64,000 nucleotides of DNA from Nitrospirota bacterium (GTDB taxonomy: Bacteria; Nitrospirota; Nitrospiria; Nitrospirales; Nitrospiraceae), in assembly GCA_963701855.1 (NCBI GenBank), contig CAVPBK010000006.1, positions 512,001-576,000 of the forward strand. The letters run 5' to 3'. Below are positions 48,751 through 60,064 of the stretch, in pieces. The translations under genes were made by a program, and so were the position numbers. Numbering within the stretch: position 1 is the first letter of the stretch; each line of letters starts with the position of its first letter. The notes below the pieces were generated by a model, which made no database searches, had not been told where the DNA came from, and saw only the letters and a list, made by a program, of their open reading frames with translations.

Positions 48751-49869
48751 TTAGCTTCCTGCCGCTCCAACAGACCGGTTAACATCATGATGCCCCTCCA
48801 TGAGTGCGTAGCATTCGCGAACGATGACTTCGGCTGCATCGATTCGCCGCAGAGATAGGCTGGCTTCACCCATCGCCCGCAGTCGCTCAGGTTCCCCGAG
48901 GATACCCACCACTGTGCGGACCAACAGGGGGCCGGTGAGCACAGATTGCGGGAGCACCACGGCAGCTCCGGCTGCTTCCATCACCTTGGCATTCCTCGTC
49001 TGGTGGTCGTAGATGGCGGACGGCAGAGGAATTAGGATGGCCGGCTTTCCGCACGCCGTAAGTTCCGCCACCGTCATGGCTCCGGCTCTCGCCACCACGA
49101 GATCTGCCTGCCGTAATGCAGCAGGCATGTCATAGATAAATGGCATGACTTGCGGTTCGATGCCGGCACGACGATAGGCCTCGGCCACCCGCGCATGGTC
49201 GGACTCGCCGGTCTGATGGGTCACTGTGAGACGCGGCAGCTGCGTCATCAGATCGGGCAATCCTTCTGTCACCGCTACGTTAATCGTCTTCGCCCCTTGA
49301 CTTCCCCCAAAAATCAGCAGATGTGGCGATCCTGACTTCTCTTGGTTCCGTTCAATACTTTCCATGAACGCCTTGCGAATCGGAGTCCCCACCACACGTA
49401 CCTTGGAACGGTTGAACGAGTCGGCTGTCGATTCGAATGCGAGAAAGACGCGTTGAGCGAACGGCCCCACCGCTTTGTTAGCCATACCGGGATGTGCATT
49501 CGGCTCAAGAATCACACGCGCCACCCCGGTCAATGCTGCAGCAAGAAGCATCATTGGACTCGTATACCCGCCGACCCCGATCACCAAATCCGCCCGCCTG
49601 GTTCGTAGGATTCTCAGGCACTGCCACAAACTAACCGGCAGTGCGCACAGCCCTGTCAAAGCACCGAGCAGGCCTCTCCCCATCACTGGCTTGGCACTGA
49701 TCAACGCCAGATCGAATCCCTCGTGGGCGAGCACCTTCGACTCAAGTCCACGTGCCGTCCCCACGAAGAAAACCTTGGCCCTGGGATCGTACCGAAGAAA
49801 CTCTCGCGCCAATGCCACAGCCGGATAGAGATGGCCACCTGTACCTCCTGCTGCTATGACAATCGTCAT
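48751..49869 (-). CDS. murG: Undecaprenyl-PP-MurNAc-pentapeptide GlcNAc transferase
   Basis: MTIVIAAGGTGGH, GVGGY, GGSQGA and ARAGA motifs. True start at 49869. Confidence 0.95.
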   Translation of the reverse strand: MTIVIAAGGTGGHLYPAVALAREFLRYDPRAKVFFVGTARGLESKVLAHEGFDLALISAKPVMGRGLLGALTGLCALPVSLWQCLRILRTRRADLVIGVGGYTSPMMLLAAALTGVARVILEPNAHPGMANKAVGPFAQRVFLAFESTADSFNRSKVRVVGTPIRKAFMESIERNQEKSGSPHLLIFGGSQGAKTINVAVTEGLPDLMTQLPRLTVTHQTGESDHARVAEAYRRAGIEPQVMPFIYDMPAALRQADLVVARAGAMTVAELTACGKPAILIPLPSAIYDHQTRNAKVMEAAGAAVVLPQSVLTGPLLVRTVVGILGEPERLRAMGEASLSLRRIDAAEVIVRECYALMEGHHDVNRSVGAAGS

Positions 49870-51062
49870 CCGTGATCCAACCCATCGCGTCCACCTCGAG
49901 ACCCGCCGGCATGCCGGTCGCGAGAAATGCTGAGCAAGATCCCCACGCCGATCAGACTGACCACCAACGACGACCCTCCGTAGCTCACGAACGGCAAGGT
50001 GAGCCCTTTCGTCGGCAAAAGCCCCGTCACCACCGCGGCATTCACTAATGCTTGACTGCCGATCAACAAGGTAATGCCCATGCCCAGATAGCGGCCAAAC
50101 GGCACCCGCGCGCGCGCGGCGATCTGAAACCCCCGCCACACAAAAAATGCAAATAACAGGATGACCGTGGCGGTGCCGATAAGCCCTAGCTCTTCGCCGA
50201 CCAGCGCCAAGACAAAATCTGTATGTGCCTCCGGAAGAAAGTAGAGCTTCTGTTTGCCCTCGCCCAGTCCCACCCCAAACGGACCGCCGCTGCCGAAGGA
50301 CAGGAAGGATTGCGTGATTTGGAATCCGCCGTCCGACGCATCCTTCCACGGAGCCAGAAACGTCATAAGCCGTTGGCGTCGATAACTGGAACCAAGAACC
50401 AACGCCAGCACGATCGGGATCGCGCAGAGGCCTAATGCCAAGAGATGAAGGAAACGCGCCCCGGCGAGAAAACACATCCCGACCGTCACCAGTCCGAGCA
50501 CCACGACCGTCCCAAGATCCGGCTCCAGCAACACCAGTCCACTCAACAATCCGATCACGATCAAAGCCGGCAGAAGTCCATCGCGAAACAACGTAATCTT
50601 GTCCCCTTTTTTGGTCAGATACGCCGCCATGTAGACAACAGCCACAAGCTTGACCATTTCCGCCGGCTGCACCGAGATGAATCCCACCCGCAACCATCGC
50701 CGCGCCCCCTTGGCCGCCACACCGAGCGACGGGAGCAGCACCATGATGAGCAGGAGCAACATGCAGACCACCATCGGAATGGAGAGCTTTTTCCAAAATG
50801 TGTAATCGATGCGCGACGCGAGATGCATCAACAGTAAGCCGAACGCAAGCCAGGCGATCTGCCGTTTCAGAAAAAAACCGGGATCCTGAAACCTGTTGCC
50901 CGCCACGATGGCGCTCGCACTGAACACCATGACCAGTCCCACTAGCGCTAGGATCATGGTGACCGCCAGCAGCGTGTGGTCCGCCGCCACCCGTTGCTTG
51001 CCCGATCGTTGGCTGGTCTGGGACCATGGGAGCGCCAGAGTCCCTGCTGATCGATGCACCAT
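49866..51062 (-). CDS. ftsW: Peptidoglycan glycosyltransferase FtsW
   Basis: GARRW, QPAE, LEPDLG, LPEAHTDF and LPFVSYGGSS motifs. Confidence 0.96.
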   Translation of the reverse strand: MVHRSAGTLALPWSQTSQRSGKQRVAADHTLLAVTMILALVGLVMVFSASAIVAGNRFQDPGFFLKRQIAWLAFGLLLMHLASRIDYTFWKKLSIPMVVCMLLLLIMVLLPSLGVAAKGARRWLRVGFISVQPAEMVKLVAVVYMAAYLTKKGDKITLFRDGLLPALIVIGLLSGLVLLEPDLGTVVVLGLVTVGMCFLAGARFLHLLALGLCAIPIVLALVLGSSYRRQRLMTFLAPWKDASDGGFQITQSFLSFGSGGPFGVGLGEGKQKLYFLPEAHTDFVLALVGEELGLIGTATVILLFAFFVWRGFQIAARARVPFGRYLGMGITLLIGSQALVNAAVVTGLLPTKGLTLPFVSYGGSSLVVSLIGVGILLSISRDRHAGGSRGGRDGLDHG

Positions 51063-51094
51063 GGCTCAGAACCACCCCTCCCTCTCCTTGCACG

Positions 51095-52504
51095 TCACGC
51101 CGGTAACGCATGGACCAATGCCTTGAATTGGCGACCACGGTCTTGATAGTCCGCAAACATGTCGAAGCTGGCACAGGCCGGGGACAACAACACGACATCT
51201 CCCCGTGCGGCTCCCTGCGCCGCCAGATCCACAGCCTCCCGCAATGTGGCCGCTTCGGTCATCGTAGCAACACCCTCCCAAGCCTGTCGCAGCAGCGGAG
51301 CCGCTTCTCCGATCAGAATCACGCGCGTGACCCGCCGACTGACCGCCTGGGCCAGTCGCGAAAAGTCGCCTCCCTTATCTCGTCCTCCAGCAATGAGCCA
51401 AATCGGGTGATCGATACTCTCCAGTGCTTTGAGTGTGGCATCGACATTCGTACCCTTCGAATCGTTTACAAATCGGACCCCCCGACGCTCGCGAACAATT
51501 TCAAGGGCATGCTCGAGTCCGGGAAATGTCGTGAGGACACGGCGAATCGCGTCGAGAGAACAGCCGCACAGCAGGCCATAGGTCGCAGCTGCCATGATGT
51601 TCTCCGCGTTGTGGCTGCCGATGATGCGGATCTCGCTTCGATGGCAAATTTCCTGCCGTATCCCGGTCACTGTCGTCACGATCCGGTCGCCTTCGATGTA
51701 GGTTCCTCCATACATATCGGAGCCGATCGTCGACGTGGTCGTAAACCCCAAGCGTTTCGCACGAACTTGATGTCGTAGCCCAGCCACACGGTCATCATCA
51801 AGGTTGAATAGCGCAAAGTCCGACGCGATTTGATTCTCGAAGATCCGTTGTTTAGCCGCGAGATACTCATCCAGCGACTCATACCGATCCTGGTGATCGA
51901 CCGTCACGTTAAGCAATGCGGCGATCCAGGGATGGAATTGATCGATCGTTTCAAGTTGAAAACTGGAGACCTCCACAACGAGATAATCGTACGGACTCGA
52001 CTTCCCTGCTTGACCGGCGCGAAGATCTTCCACCGCGGCTTCGCTCGCGGCGGTGCCCAAATTGCCGCCGACAAATGCCCGCTTGCCACTCTCAGCAAGA
52101 AACTTGCCGATCAGGGTCACAGTCGTGCTCTTACCGTTAGTACCAGTGACTGCGAGGAGCGGGCTTCGGAGGAACTGCGAGGCGAGCTCCAATTCACTGA
52201 TCACCTTCACGCCACGCCGACGCACCGCTTCGAGCGGGGCTAGTCGATAGGGTACTCCTGGGCTGATCACCACCAAGTCTGCCTCATCAAGCGACGATTC
52301 GTACCGCGCCCCGACGGCCACGCTGACATGGTCGCGGTCGATACCGCCAAGGATCGATGCCAGTTCCGACGATTCTTTCCGGTCGGCGACCGTGACACGT
52401 GCTCCCGCCGCCTGCAGCAACCGGCACGCCGCTACACCGCTTCTGGCAAGTCCTATTACCGTGACACATGCTCCCGAAAGTTCCACAGCCGCTTCTCCCA
52501 CCAT
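51095..52504 (-). CDS. murD: UDP-MurNAc-L-Ala--D-Glu ligase
   Basis: [23 protein letters not shown] and [10 protein letters not shown] motifs. Confidence 0.96.
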   Translation of the reverse strand: MVGEAAVELSGACVTVIGLARSGVAACRLLQAAGARVTVADRKESSELASILGGIDRDHVSVAVGARYESSLDEADLVVISPGVPYRLAPLEAVRRRGVKVISELELASQFLRSPLLAVTGTNGKSTTVTLIGKFLAESGKRAFVGGNLGTAASEAAVEDLRAGQAGKSSPYDYLVVEVSSFQLETIDQFHPWIAALLNVTVDHQDRYESLDEYLAAKQRIFENQIASDFALFNLDDDRVAGLRHQVRAKRLGFTTTSTIGSDMYGGTYIEGDRIVTTVTGIRQEICHRSEIRIIGSHNAENIMAAATYGLLCGCSLDAIRRVLTTFPGLEHALEIVRERRGVRFVNDSKGTNVDATLKALESIDHPIWLIAGGRDKGGDFSRLAQAVSRRVTRVILIGEAAPLLRQAWEGVATMTEAATLREAVDLAAQGAARGDVVLLSPACASFDMFADYQDRGRQFKALVHALPA

Positions 52505-52508
52505 GCTG

Positions 52509-53585
52509 TCATCGAAGCTTTAAGGTACTCAGACTCAACAAGGCCAACAGAATGGCAATAATCCACAAACGCACCACGACCTTAGGCTCTTCCCACCCTT
52601 TCATCTCAAAGTGATGATGGATGGGCGCCATGAGAAAAATGCGTTTCCCGCGCGACTTAAACGAGATCACCTGAAAAATGACCGAGACCGCTTCGATCAC
52701 AAACACGCCGCCGACCATTAGTAGTAGCAGCTCGTGCTTGCTGATCACCGCAACCGTGCCCAACGCCGCTCCCAGCGGAAGTGAGCCCACATCCCCCATG
52801 AACACGGAGGCCGGATAGGTGTTGAACCACAGAAACCCCAGACTCGCCCCCAGAATAGCGGCGGTGAACACCGCGAGTTCACCCGCACCTTCGATGTGCG
52901 GAATGAGCAAATAATCAGACATGAGTCGGTGGCCTGTGACATAGGCCACAATCGTGTAGGCCATCGCCGCGATCATGACGGGGCCAATCGCGAGTCCATC
53001 AAGACCATCGGTCAGATTGACGGCATTGGAGCTCCCGACAATCACCAGCACGGCAAAGGCAACATAGAACCAGCCGAGATCCGGAACGATGTTCTTAAAG
53101 AACGGAATGCTGAGCTTGGTCGTATAGCCAGGCAGAAAATAGAGGACCAGCGCAATCGCCAGAGCCAGCGCCACTTGCGCCGTAAACTTCTGCCACGCCG
53201 ACAACCCCTTCGATTGGGCCTTGACGAATTTGAGATAGTCATCGACAAATCCAATCGCTCCGAACCCCAGCATGGCGGCAAGCACCAGCCAGACGTAGGG
53301 CTTCGCAATATCGGCCCAGAGGAGCGTCGAGAGGACTACGGCAAAGAGAATGAGCATCCCGCCCATGGTGGGTGTGCCGCTCTTCGCCAGGTGACGTTTG
53401 GGGCCATCACCACGAATCTGCTGGCCCAGCTTAATGTCTTGCAACTTCTTGATCACCCACGGGGCCAGCACAAAGGCGATCAAGAACGCCGTCACAGCCG
53501 CATAGATGATACGGAAGCTCAAATATCGAAAGACGTTCAGGAACGAATAGTCTGTATGAAACGGATACAGCCAGTTATAGAGCAT
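52509..53585 (-). CDS. mraY: Phospho-MurNAc-pentapeptide transferase
   Basis: [25 protein letters not shown] and MAPIHHHFE motifs. Confidence 0.97.
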   Translation of the reverse strand: MLYNWLYPFHTDYSFLNVFRYLSFRIIYAAVTAFLIAFVLAPWVIKKLQDIKLGQQIRGDGPKRHLAKSGTPTMGGMLILFAVVLSTLLWADIAKPYVWLVLAAMLGFGAIGFVDDYLKFVKAQSKGLSAWQKFTAQVALALAIALVLYFLPGYTTKLSIPFFKNIVPDLGWFYVAFAVLVIVGSSNAVNLTDGLDGLAIGPVMIAAMAYTIVAYVTGHRLMSDYLLIPHIEGAGELAVFTAAILGASLGFLWFNTYPASVFMGDVGSLPLGAALGTVAVISKHELLLLMVGGVFVIEAVSVIFQVISFKSRGKRIFLMAPIHHHFEMKGWEEPKVVVRLWIIAILLALLSLSTLKLR

Positions 53586-53658
53586 GCGGTCTTTACCTTA
53601 GCAATAACAATGACCCGTCCCGTTTGACCGACTCTTGAGTCGGATGGGCACCACCCCT

Positions 53659-55113
53659 TTACGATGCCTGCTTGATGACTGCCCTCATCCCTGTCAGCGC
53701 CGACACAACCTGTTCCATTTTCATGCCGCGAGAGGCCTTCACCAACACCACGTCACCTTGCCGCACGATCCTCTTGAGACAGTCAGCTGCTGCAGCCGCA
53801 TCGACCACTTCGTCGATCTGCGAATCTCCCATCCCGCTCTGCCGGGCCCCTTCCGCAATGTCTCGACCCAACGTCCCGCAGACAATCAGCCGCGACAGCC
53901 CCTGTGTGGCGAGGAATTGTCCAACGTCCCGGTGCATGAGACCGGTCTCGGGGCCGAGTTCGAGCATGTCTCCCAACACAGCGATCCGTTCGCGTGCAGG
54001 ACTCCATTGGGCTAGCAATTGGAGCGCCGCTTTCATCGACGCAGGGTTGGCGTTGTAGCAATCGTTGATAAAATAGACGCCGTGATGAGCCACCACCTGC
54101 GACCGCATCGCAGCAGGACGAAATCGGCCCAGCCCTTGAGCAATCATCGAACCGGAGAAGTTCAAGGCGGCACCCGTCGCCGCAGCGGCGAGCGCATTGG
54201 TGACGTTATGAGTCCCATGCACCTTGATTCGAACGATCGTGGGACGGCTTTTCCCAGGGAGATGCAAGCGGAAGGTCGTGCCGTGGCGTGCATCGGACGT
54301 GACCCCGCTCGCACGGACATCGGCCATCTCCGAAAATCCGAATGACAGGACGCGGCATTGTGCGCGCGCGGCAAGGTAATCAAAGTAGGGATCGTCGGCA
54401 TTTAAAATGGCCATGCCATCGGAGGGAAGTAAGTCCAGCAATTCCGCCTTGGCCTGCGCCGACCCTTCCATGCTTCCGAAGAACTCGAGGTGATCGGGAC
54501 CAATATTGGTAATCACTCCGATCGTGGGCCTGACAATCTCACAGAGCCTGGTCGTCTGCCCCTGCTGATCCACCCCCATCTCAATCACGGCCGCTTGATG
54601 GCGAGCCGTGAGCCGGAACAGGGTATAGGGCACGCCGATCCGATTGTTGAAATTCCCCTCGGTCTTCAGCACCGGCCACCGTTGAGCCAATACCGCCGCC
54701 ACCATCTCTTTCGTCGTCGTCTTTCCATTGCTGCCAGTCACCGCTACCATGGGGATATGGAATCGACTGCGGTAATGCGTCGCTAGCTGCTGATAGGCAA
54801 ACAGCGGATCGCGCACGCCGAAAAGAAATGGTGCAGGTCGACCACCGACACGGCGTATCGCTGCGGAGCTTGAAGGAAGGCAATATTCATCGTGAACGAT
54901 GGCTCCCACTGCGCCCCGCGCAAGTACAGTCGGCACGAACTCATGACCGTCGAATCGATCGCCTCGGAGCGCGACAAATAGATCGCCACGGCGAACCGAT
55001 CGGGAGTCCGTACTGATTTGTCTGATCCGGCGCTTCCCCGATAACGAGTCCTGTCCCGCAAGAATTTTCACGCTGATGACTTCTCGTAACTCCTCGACTG
55101 TAAACAGTCCCAT
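53659..55113 (-). CDS. murF: UDP-MurNAc-tripeptide--D-Ala-D-Ala ligase
   Basis: TGSNGKTTTK, GNFNNRIG, DCYNANP, GDMLELG and KASRG motifs. Confidence 0.95.
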   Translation of the reverse strand: MGLFTVEELREVISVKILAGQDSLSGKRRIRQISTDSRSVRRGDLFVALRGDRFDGHEFVPTVLARGAVGAIVHDEYCLPSSSAAIRRVGGRPAPFLFGVRDPLFAYQQLATHYRSRFHIPMVAVTGSNGKTTTKEMVAAVLAQRWPVLKTEGNFNNRIGVPYTLFRLTARHQAAVIEMGVDQQGQTTRLCEIVRPTIGVITNIGPDHLEFFGSMEGSAQAKAELLDLLPSDGMAILNADDPYFDYLAARAQCRVLSFGFSEMADVRASGVTSDARHGTTFRLHLPGKSRPTIVRIKVHGTHNVTNALAAAATGAALNFSGSMIAQGLGRFRPAAMRSQVVAHHGVYFINDCYNANPASMKAALQLLAQWSPARERIAVLGDMLELGPETGLMHRDVGQFLATQGLSRLIVCGTLGRDIAEGARQSGMGDSQIDEVVDAAAAADCLKRIVRQGDVVLVKASRGMKMEQVVSALTGMRAVIKQAS

Positions 55114-55154
55114 TGACTCCTCACCTTGCATAGTCCCGGTCGTGGCCTGGATTC

Positions 55155-56672
55155 TCACGCGCAATCCCGCAATTTCTGAATCGCCTCGCGAGCCACCTCA
55201 CGATCGTCAAAATGAAATTTCTTAGTCCCGATGATTTGATAGTCCTCATGCCCCTTGCCAGCAATGAGCACCATATCGCCTCGTCGAGCCTCGCGAATGG
55301 CAGCGCCAATCGCTTCACGACGATCCGGCACCAAGCGATACTGCACATGATTGCGGCGCGCTAGCGCATCGCGCACGCCAATCTCAACTTCTTGGAGGAT
55401 CGCCATGGGGTCCTCGGTCCGAGGATTATCGGACGTCAAGATCACCACATCACTGCATTCCACGGCAGCGCGCCCCATCTTGGGACGCTTCCCTCGATCC
55501 CGATCACCACCACATCCAAATACTGTAATGATCCGATCGGTCTTTAATGCTTGAGCTGCCGTCAGCAGTCTGAGAAGTGCATCTTCCGTATGGGCATAAT
55601 CGACGACCACGGTAAAGTCTTCCTCGGACGAGACCCGCTCAAAACGACCTGGAACATTAGTGATATGAGCGGTCGCTTCGCGGATCTGATCGGTCGTCGC
55701 CCCTTCGTGCAGCGCCACCCCGATCGCCCCCAGCAAGTTGTAGACGTTGTGCTCCCCGACCAACCGACTCTCGACAGTGAACGATCCCGCAGGAGTCGCG
55801 GCTATGAAAGTTGTACCGGCTAGCGAGAGACACACTCGTTCTGCCTTAAGATCTGCCTGGGTCTTAAGGGCATAGCCCCAGACCGGTACAGGACAGGCTG
55901 CGCGGATCGTGGCTCCTCGGGGATCGTCCAAATTGACAATCGCGCGCTTCCCGGTCTTCTGCCCCCCGGCCAATCCGGTAAACAATCGCAACTTCGCTTC
56001 AAAGTACTCATCCATCGTGTGATGGAAATCGAGGTGATCCTGCGTGAGGTTCGTGAAGACCGCCGTGTCGTACTCGCAACCCGATGTTCGGTCTAACGCG
56101 AGGGCGTGGGACGATACTTCCATTACTGCAGCGGTGAGTCCGCTTTCGACCATCTTCGCCAAGAGTGCTTGAAGATCAAGTGCGCCTGGCGTCGTGTGAG
56201 GGGCAGGTAGTGTTTCCTGCCCAATCTGGTACCCCACCGTGCCGATCAACCCCACCTGCCGGCCAATCCCTTCCAGTAACGCCTTACAGAGATACGTCGT
56301 CGTCGTCTTCCCATTCGTGCCCGTCACACCGATCATCTTGAGACGGGCGGATGGATCCCCATGAAACCGGCTGCCGAGAAGACCGAGCGCTTTGCGCGAA
56401 TCAGCCACCCGCACGAACGGTACCGCCCCCAATGCCACATGTGCCTGTGCGATCACCGCAAGCGCTCCGGCCTTGATGGCCTGCTCGACAAATCCATGAC
56501 CATCAACTCGCTCACCCTTCACGGCAACAAAGAGGCTCCCATCCGTCACCGCTCGTGAATCGTCCGTGATCGCATGCACCGGACAACTCACATTGCCGCG
56601 CTGCTCAAAAATCTCAACCTGCCCATGGAGCGCCGCGAGCAACTGCGTGAGGGTGATGGGATCGCGCGCCAT
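55155..56672 (-). CDS. murE: UDP-MurNAc-dipeptide--diaminopimelate ligase
   Basis: GVTGTNGKTT, MEVSSH, DHLDFH, DNPR (mDAP type) and GKGHE motifs. Confidence 0.96.
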   Translation of the reverse strand: MARDPITLTQLLAALHGQVEIFEQRGNVSCPVHAITDDSRAVTDGSLFVAVKGERVDGHGFVEQAIKAGALAVIAQAHVALGAVPFVRVADSRKALGLLGSRFHGDPSARLKMIGVTGTNGKTTTTYLCKALLEGIGRQVGLIGTVGYQIGQETLPAPHTTPGALDLQALLAKMVESGLTAAVMEVSSHALALDRTSGCEYDTAVFTNLTQDHLDFHHTMDEYFEAKLRLFTGLAGGQKTGKRAIVNLDDPRGATIRAACPVPVWGYALKTQADLKAERVCLSLAGTTFIAATPAGSFTVESRLVGEHNVYNLLGAIGVALHEGATTDQIREATAHITNVPGRFERVSSEEDFTVVVDYAHTEDALLRLLTAAQALKTDRIITVFGCGGDRDRGKRPKMGRAAVECSDVVILTSDNPRTEDPMAILQEVEIGVRDALARRNHVQYRLVPDRREAIGAAIREARRGDMVLIAGKGHEDYQIIGTKKFHFDDREVAREAIQKLRDCA

Positions 56673-56679
56673 CGCCTAA

Positions 56680-58398
56680 TTAGTGATCCTTCATTGCCAG
56701 GGCGATTTTCACAGTGTCTTCTCTGGACACACCAAGATAGTTAAGCGCTTGCTCCCCGACCCGCCGAAAGACAGGCGCCGCCACAGTCCCGCCCCAAGCT
56801 TCGCCTTGAGGTTCATCGAGGACGACGATCATCGCCAACCGCGGAGATTCTGCCGGAACATACCCGACAAACGACCCGACAAACTGCGTAGAAGAATACA
56901 CGCCGGTTCGCGAATCGATTTTTTGCGCGGTCCCGGTTTTACCCGCCACGCGGAAACCCGGAATGGCCGCCTTGGTTCCCGTCCCATTCGTCACGACACC
57001 TTCCAGCATCGTCGTCATCGTCCGGGCCGTATCCGGTGACACGACTCGCCGCTTCACTTGTGGTCGTACTTCCTTAAGCAAGCGACCTTTCTGATCGCGC
57101 ACTTCGGATACCACGTAAGGTTTCATCATCACGCCCCCATTGGCGAGAGTCGCCACTGCCGACACCATCTGGAGCGCCGTTACCCCAATCTCCTGTCCCA
57201 TCGAAATCGACGCCGCTGATCGACGGCCCCAGTCTTTGGGCGCCTTCAAGAGCCCGCTCACTTCACCCGGCAGGTCGATATCAGTACGTTGGCCGAATCC
57301 GAACGCTTGGAGATAGTGGTAAAGCCGCTGTTCTCCAAGGGCCATCCCGGTTTTGGCAGCGGCGATGTTGCTGGACTTTTGAATCGCTTCAGAGAACGTC
57401 ATCCACCCCAGCTTGTCATGGTCATGAATCGTCGTATTCGCGATCACCATCTGGCCGTTTTCACCGAAGACCATGGAATCAGGCGTCATCACTTTTTCTT
57501 CGAGCGCCGCAGCCGCAACCATCGCTTTCATGGTCGACCCAGGCTCGTACGTATCGGTCAAGGCACGATTGCGCCACCGATCGGGCGTCAATGCGGCAAC
57601 GACATTCGGATCAAATCGTGGACTGACGGCCATCGCGAGAAGCGCACCAGATTGCGGCTCCATGACGATGATCGTTCCAGACTTGGCGCGGGAATGAGTG
57701 ACGGCCTCTTCGAGCTCTTTTTCCGCAATGTATTGAATGACCTCGTCGACGGTCAGTGTAAGGGCATGTCCCGGCGTCGGCGCTTGCTCCGACAAACCCT
57801 TGGGAAATACCGTGCGGCCTAACGCATCGCGCTGCAACACGGTGACGCGCTTCTCTCCATGCAAATGCGAATCGTATCGGCGTTCGAGACCTTCAAGCCC
57901 TTGCCCATCCATCCCGGAAAATCCGAGGACATGGGCCAGCAACGGACCCTTGGGATAAAACCGCCGCCCCTCCATCACCACGCCGATGCCGTCCAACGAT
58001 AACTGCTCCAACCTACGGCCTTGCTCAGGCTCGACCTTTCGCGCCAACCACACGAAGCTCTTGTCTTGCCGAAGCTTTCTCTCAAGCTCATCGATTCGAA
58101 TGTGAAGTACCGGAGAAAGATTCCGGGCGACGATCGAGGGGCTCTCCAGCGACGTCGGTACACCAAACACAGATGGTACCTCCACATTCATCGCAAGCAC
58201 TTTGCCGTGCCGATCCGATACCATGCCTCTGGCCCCCTCGAAAGATACGGTCTTTTGATGTTGCCGATCGGCCTTGGCCGTCAGTTCTGCTGCTTGAAGC
58301 ACTTGAAGCGTAACCAGCCGAAAGAGAATAATGCTGAACCCGCAAAGGAGCAGGAGCAACACGACATAGCGACGACCACGAGAAGGGCCGGCAATCAC
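56680..58398 (-). CDS. ftsI: Peptidoglycan transpeptidase PBP3
   Basis: YEPGSTMK (SxxK), SSN and GKTGTAQK motifs; dcw context. Confidence 0.93.
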   Translation of the reverse strand: MIAGPSRGRRYVVLLLLLCGFSIILFRLVTLQVLQAAELTAKADRQHQKTVSFEGARGMVSDRHGKVLAMNVEVPSVFGVPTSLESPSIVARNLSPVLHIRIDELERKLRQDKSFVWLARKVEPEQGRRLEQLSLDGIGVVMEGRRFYPKGPLLAHVLGFSGMDGQGLEGLERRYDSHLHGEKRVTVLQRDALGRTVFPKGLSEQAPTPGHALTLTVDEVIQYIAEKELEEAVTHSRAKSGTIIVMEPQSGALLAMAVSPRFDPNVVAALTPDRWRNRALTDTYEPGSTMKAMVAAAALEEKVMTPDSMVFGENGQMVIANTTIHDHDKLGWMTFSEAIQKSSNIAAAKTGMALGEQRLYHYLQAFGFGQRTDIDLPGEVSGLLKAPKDWGRRSAASISMGQEIGVTALQMVSAVATLANGGVMMKPYVVSEVRDQKGRLLKEVRPQVKRRVVSPDTARTMTTMLEGVVTNGTGTKAAIPGFRVAGKTGTAQKIDSRTGVYSSTQFVGSFVGYVPAESPRLAMIVVLDEPQGEAWGGTVAAPVFRRVGEQALNYLGVSREDTVKIALAMKDH

Positions 58399-58730
58399 TC
58401 TCTCTCCCTCCCGATAGATTCATGTTTCGCCACACGGACTTGATCCACTGGTGGGAGTGATAGGCTCGGAACCTCTCCTGGCATATGCACCATCAGCACT
58501 TGCCCCTGCTGCGGCGGAACCAGCCCCAACTTTTCTGTCGCCACCTTCGCGATTCGCGCTGGAGCCATCAGCGCGGAAAACTTCACTTGCAATTGATCCC
58601 GCTCTCGCTCCAGCAATATTTTCTGGGTCTTCAATCGTTCGATCTGATAACCCAATCGAACGACATCGACACGCTCCCACACAAACACAAAGACCAACAA
58701 CACACCCGCCACAATCGTTACCGCCTTCAT
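58395..58730 (-). CDS. ftsL: Cell division protein FtsL
   Basis: N-terminal TM helix, coiled coil and A...LGL..P; located between rsmH and ftsI. Confidence 0.88.
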   Translation of the reverse strand: MKAVTIVAGVLLVFVFVWERVDVVRLGYQIERLKTQKILLERERDQLQVKFSALMAPARIAKVATEKLGLVPPQQGQVLMVHMPGEVPSLSLPPVDQVRVAKHESIGRERE

Positions 58731-59644
58731 GAATAACCCTCCCTGGATACCCGTTGGGCAGCCCGCAACTTGGCACTGCGGGATCGAGGATTCCTGTCCG
58801 ATTCTTCCTTAGTGGGGATCTGTGGCTTCTTAGTGAGTACCATCAAGGCAGGATCATCCTTGCTGGAGAGCGCGCGAAGCGTGTGTTTCACAATCCGATC
58901 TTCGAGCGAATGGAATGAAATCACACAGAGGCGACCACCGGGAGACAACACATCTGCCGCATCTCGCAATGCTGGATCAAGACAGTCAAGCTCGTGATTC
59001 ACTGCAATGCGAATGGCCTGAAACGTACGGGTGGCACAGTGAAGACGACCATGCCGGTAATGCGCCGGAACAGCCCCCTCGATCACTGAGACCAACTCAT
59101 TCGTCGTCGCCAGCAGATGGCGTTCTCGCGCACGGACAATGGCACGGGCAATTCGTCGAGAAAACCGTTCTTCGCCGAACTGAAAAATTGTATCGGCCAA
59201 CTGTGCTTCCGGCCAGCTATTGACCAGGTCAGCTGCGGTCCCGCTCATCGATTGATCCATACGCATGTCCAACGGACCATCCCCTTGAAAGCTAAATCCT
59301 CGAGCAGGCTCTTCCAACTGCGGGGACGAGATCCCAAGATCAAACAGAATTCCATCGACCTGGCCAATGCCACAGAAAGTAAGATGCCGTTTCAAATCCA
59401 CAAAATGACCATGGAGAAGGAACACGCGGTCGCCGAATCGTGCAAGCCTTTCTCGACTGGCGGCGATGGCCATCACATCGCGATCAATCCCAATAAGCCT
59501 GCTCTCAGGATCGCTCGTCTCAAGGATTTCCTCAGCATGCCCACTGTACCCCACCGTACAGTCAAGATAGGTTCGACCACTCTCTTGAACCAGCCAAAAT
59601 AGAGCCTCTTTTGACATGACTGGGATATGTCGAGAGGCCCCCAT
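58727..59644 (-). CDS. rsmH: 16S rRNA m4C1402 methyltransferase
   Basis: HIPVM, DLGISSPQL, PLDMRMD, ISFHSLEDR and NPRSRSAKLR motifs. Confidence 0.96.
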   Translation of the reverse strand: MGASRHIPVMSKEALFWLVQESGRTYLDCTVGYSGHAEEILETSDPESRLIGIDRDVMAIAASRERLARFGDRVFLLHGHFVDLKRHLTFCGIGQVDGILFDLGISSPQLEEPARGFSFQGDGPLDMRMDQSMSGTAADLVNSWPEAQLADTIFQFGEERFSRRIARAIVRARERHLLATTNELVSVIEGAVPAHYRHGRLHCATRTFQAIRIAVNHELDCLDPALRDAADVLSPGGRLCVISFHSLEDRIVKHTLRALSSKDDPALMVLTKKPQIPTKEESDRNPRSRSAKLRAAQRVSREGYS

Positions 59645-59666
59645 AAATTCTTACTAGCCAGACTCA

Positions 59667-59719
59667 CCCACTTTCTCCCACTAAAGGGCGCAGTATACAC
59701 CCACTTAAAGACTTGTCAA
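59667..59719 (-). promoter_or_regulatory. dcw promoter with MraZ-type GTGGG boxes
   Basis: Minus strand TTGACA-N16-TATACT; GTGGG at 59700-59704, 59677-59681 and 59667-59671 (the last two are 10 bp apart). Confidence 0.7.
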
Positions 59720-60064
59720 TAGAAAATTCATGTACTTATGAAGATTTTGACGCTTTCAGATTTTCCATGAAATCTGAGAGAGAGAAAGTATGCCATACGG
59801 GATACAGCACTCCATGTGGGAAAGAGTTTTCCCATTTTTAGGTTAATTCAAACCCCTACGGAGAGAGCTTATTCGGCATCTGGGTCAGGGAATAATCGCC
59901 ACCGCCGATGGTCAAGTTGTAGACTCGGGGCTACCGAACGTTCGTTGATCACTCTTTGGGTCATGATAAGCTTAACGACATCACATCTTGACCAGCACTC
60001 CGTTATGCGAACGAAGTTAGTGAGATTCATTGACAAGAATTCGAGTCGGGTTGAAAATGGTTTT

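Noticed and set aside
49870..51198. 815-aa ORF suggesting a long N-terminal fusion to MurG
   Set aside because: The extension overlaps ftsW and murD in another frame and has no protein-like composition. MurG starts at 49869.
59816..60064. N-terminal extension of the 434-aa ORF
   Set aside because: It spans a promoter-like TTGACA and precedes the signal peptide, so ATG 60065 is the more plausible start.
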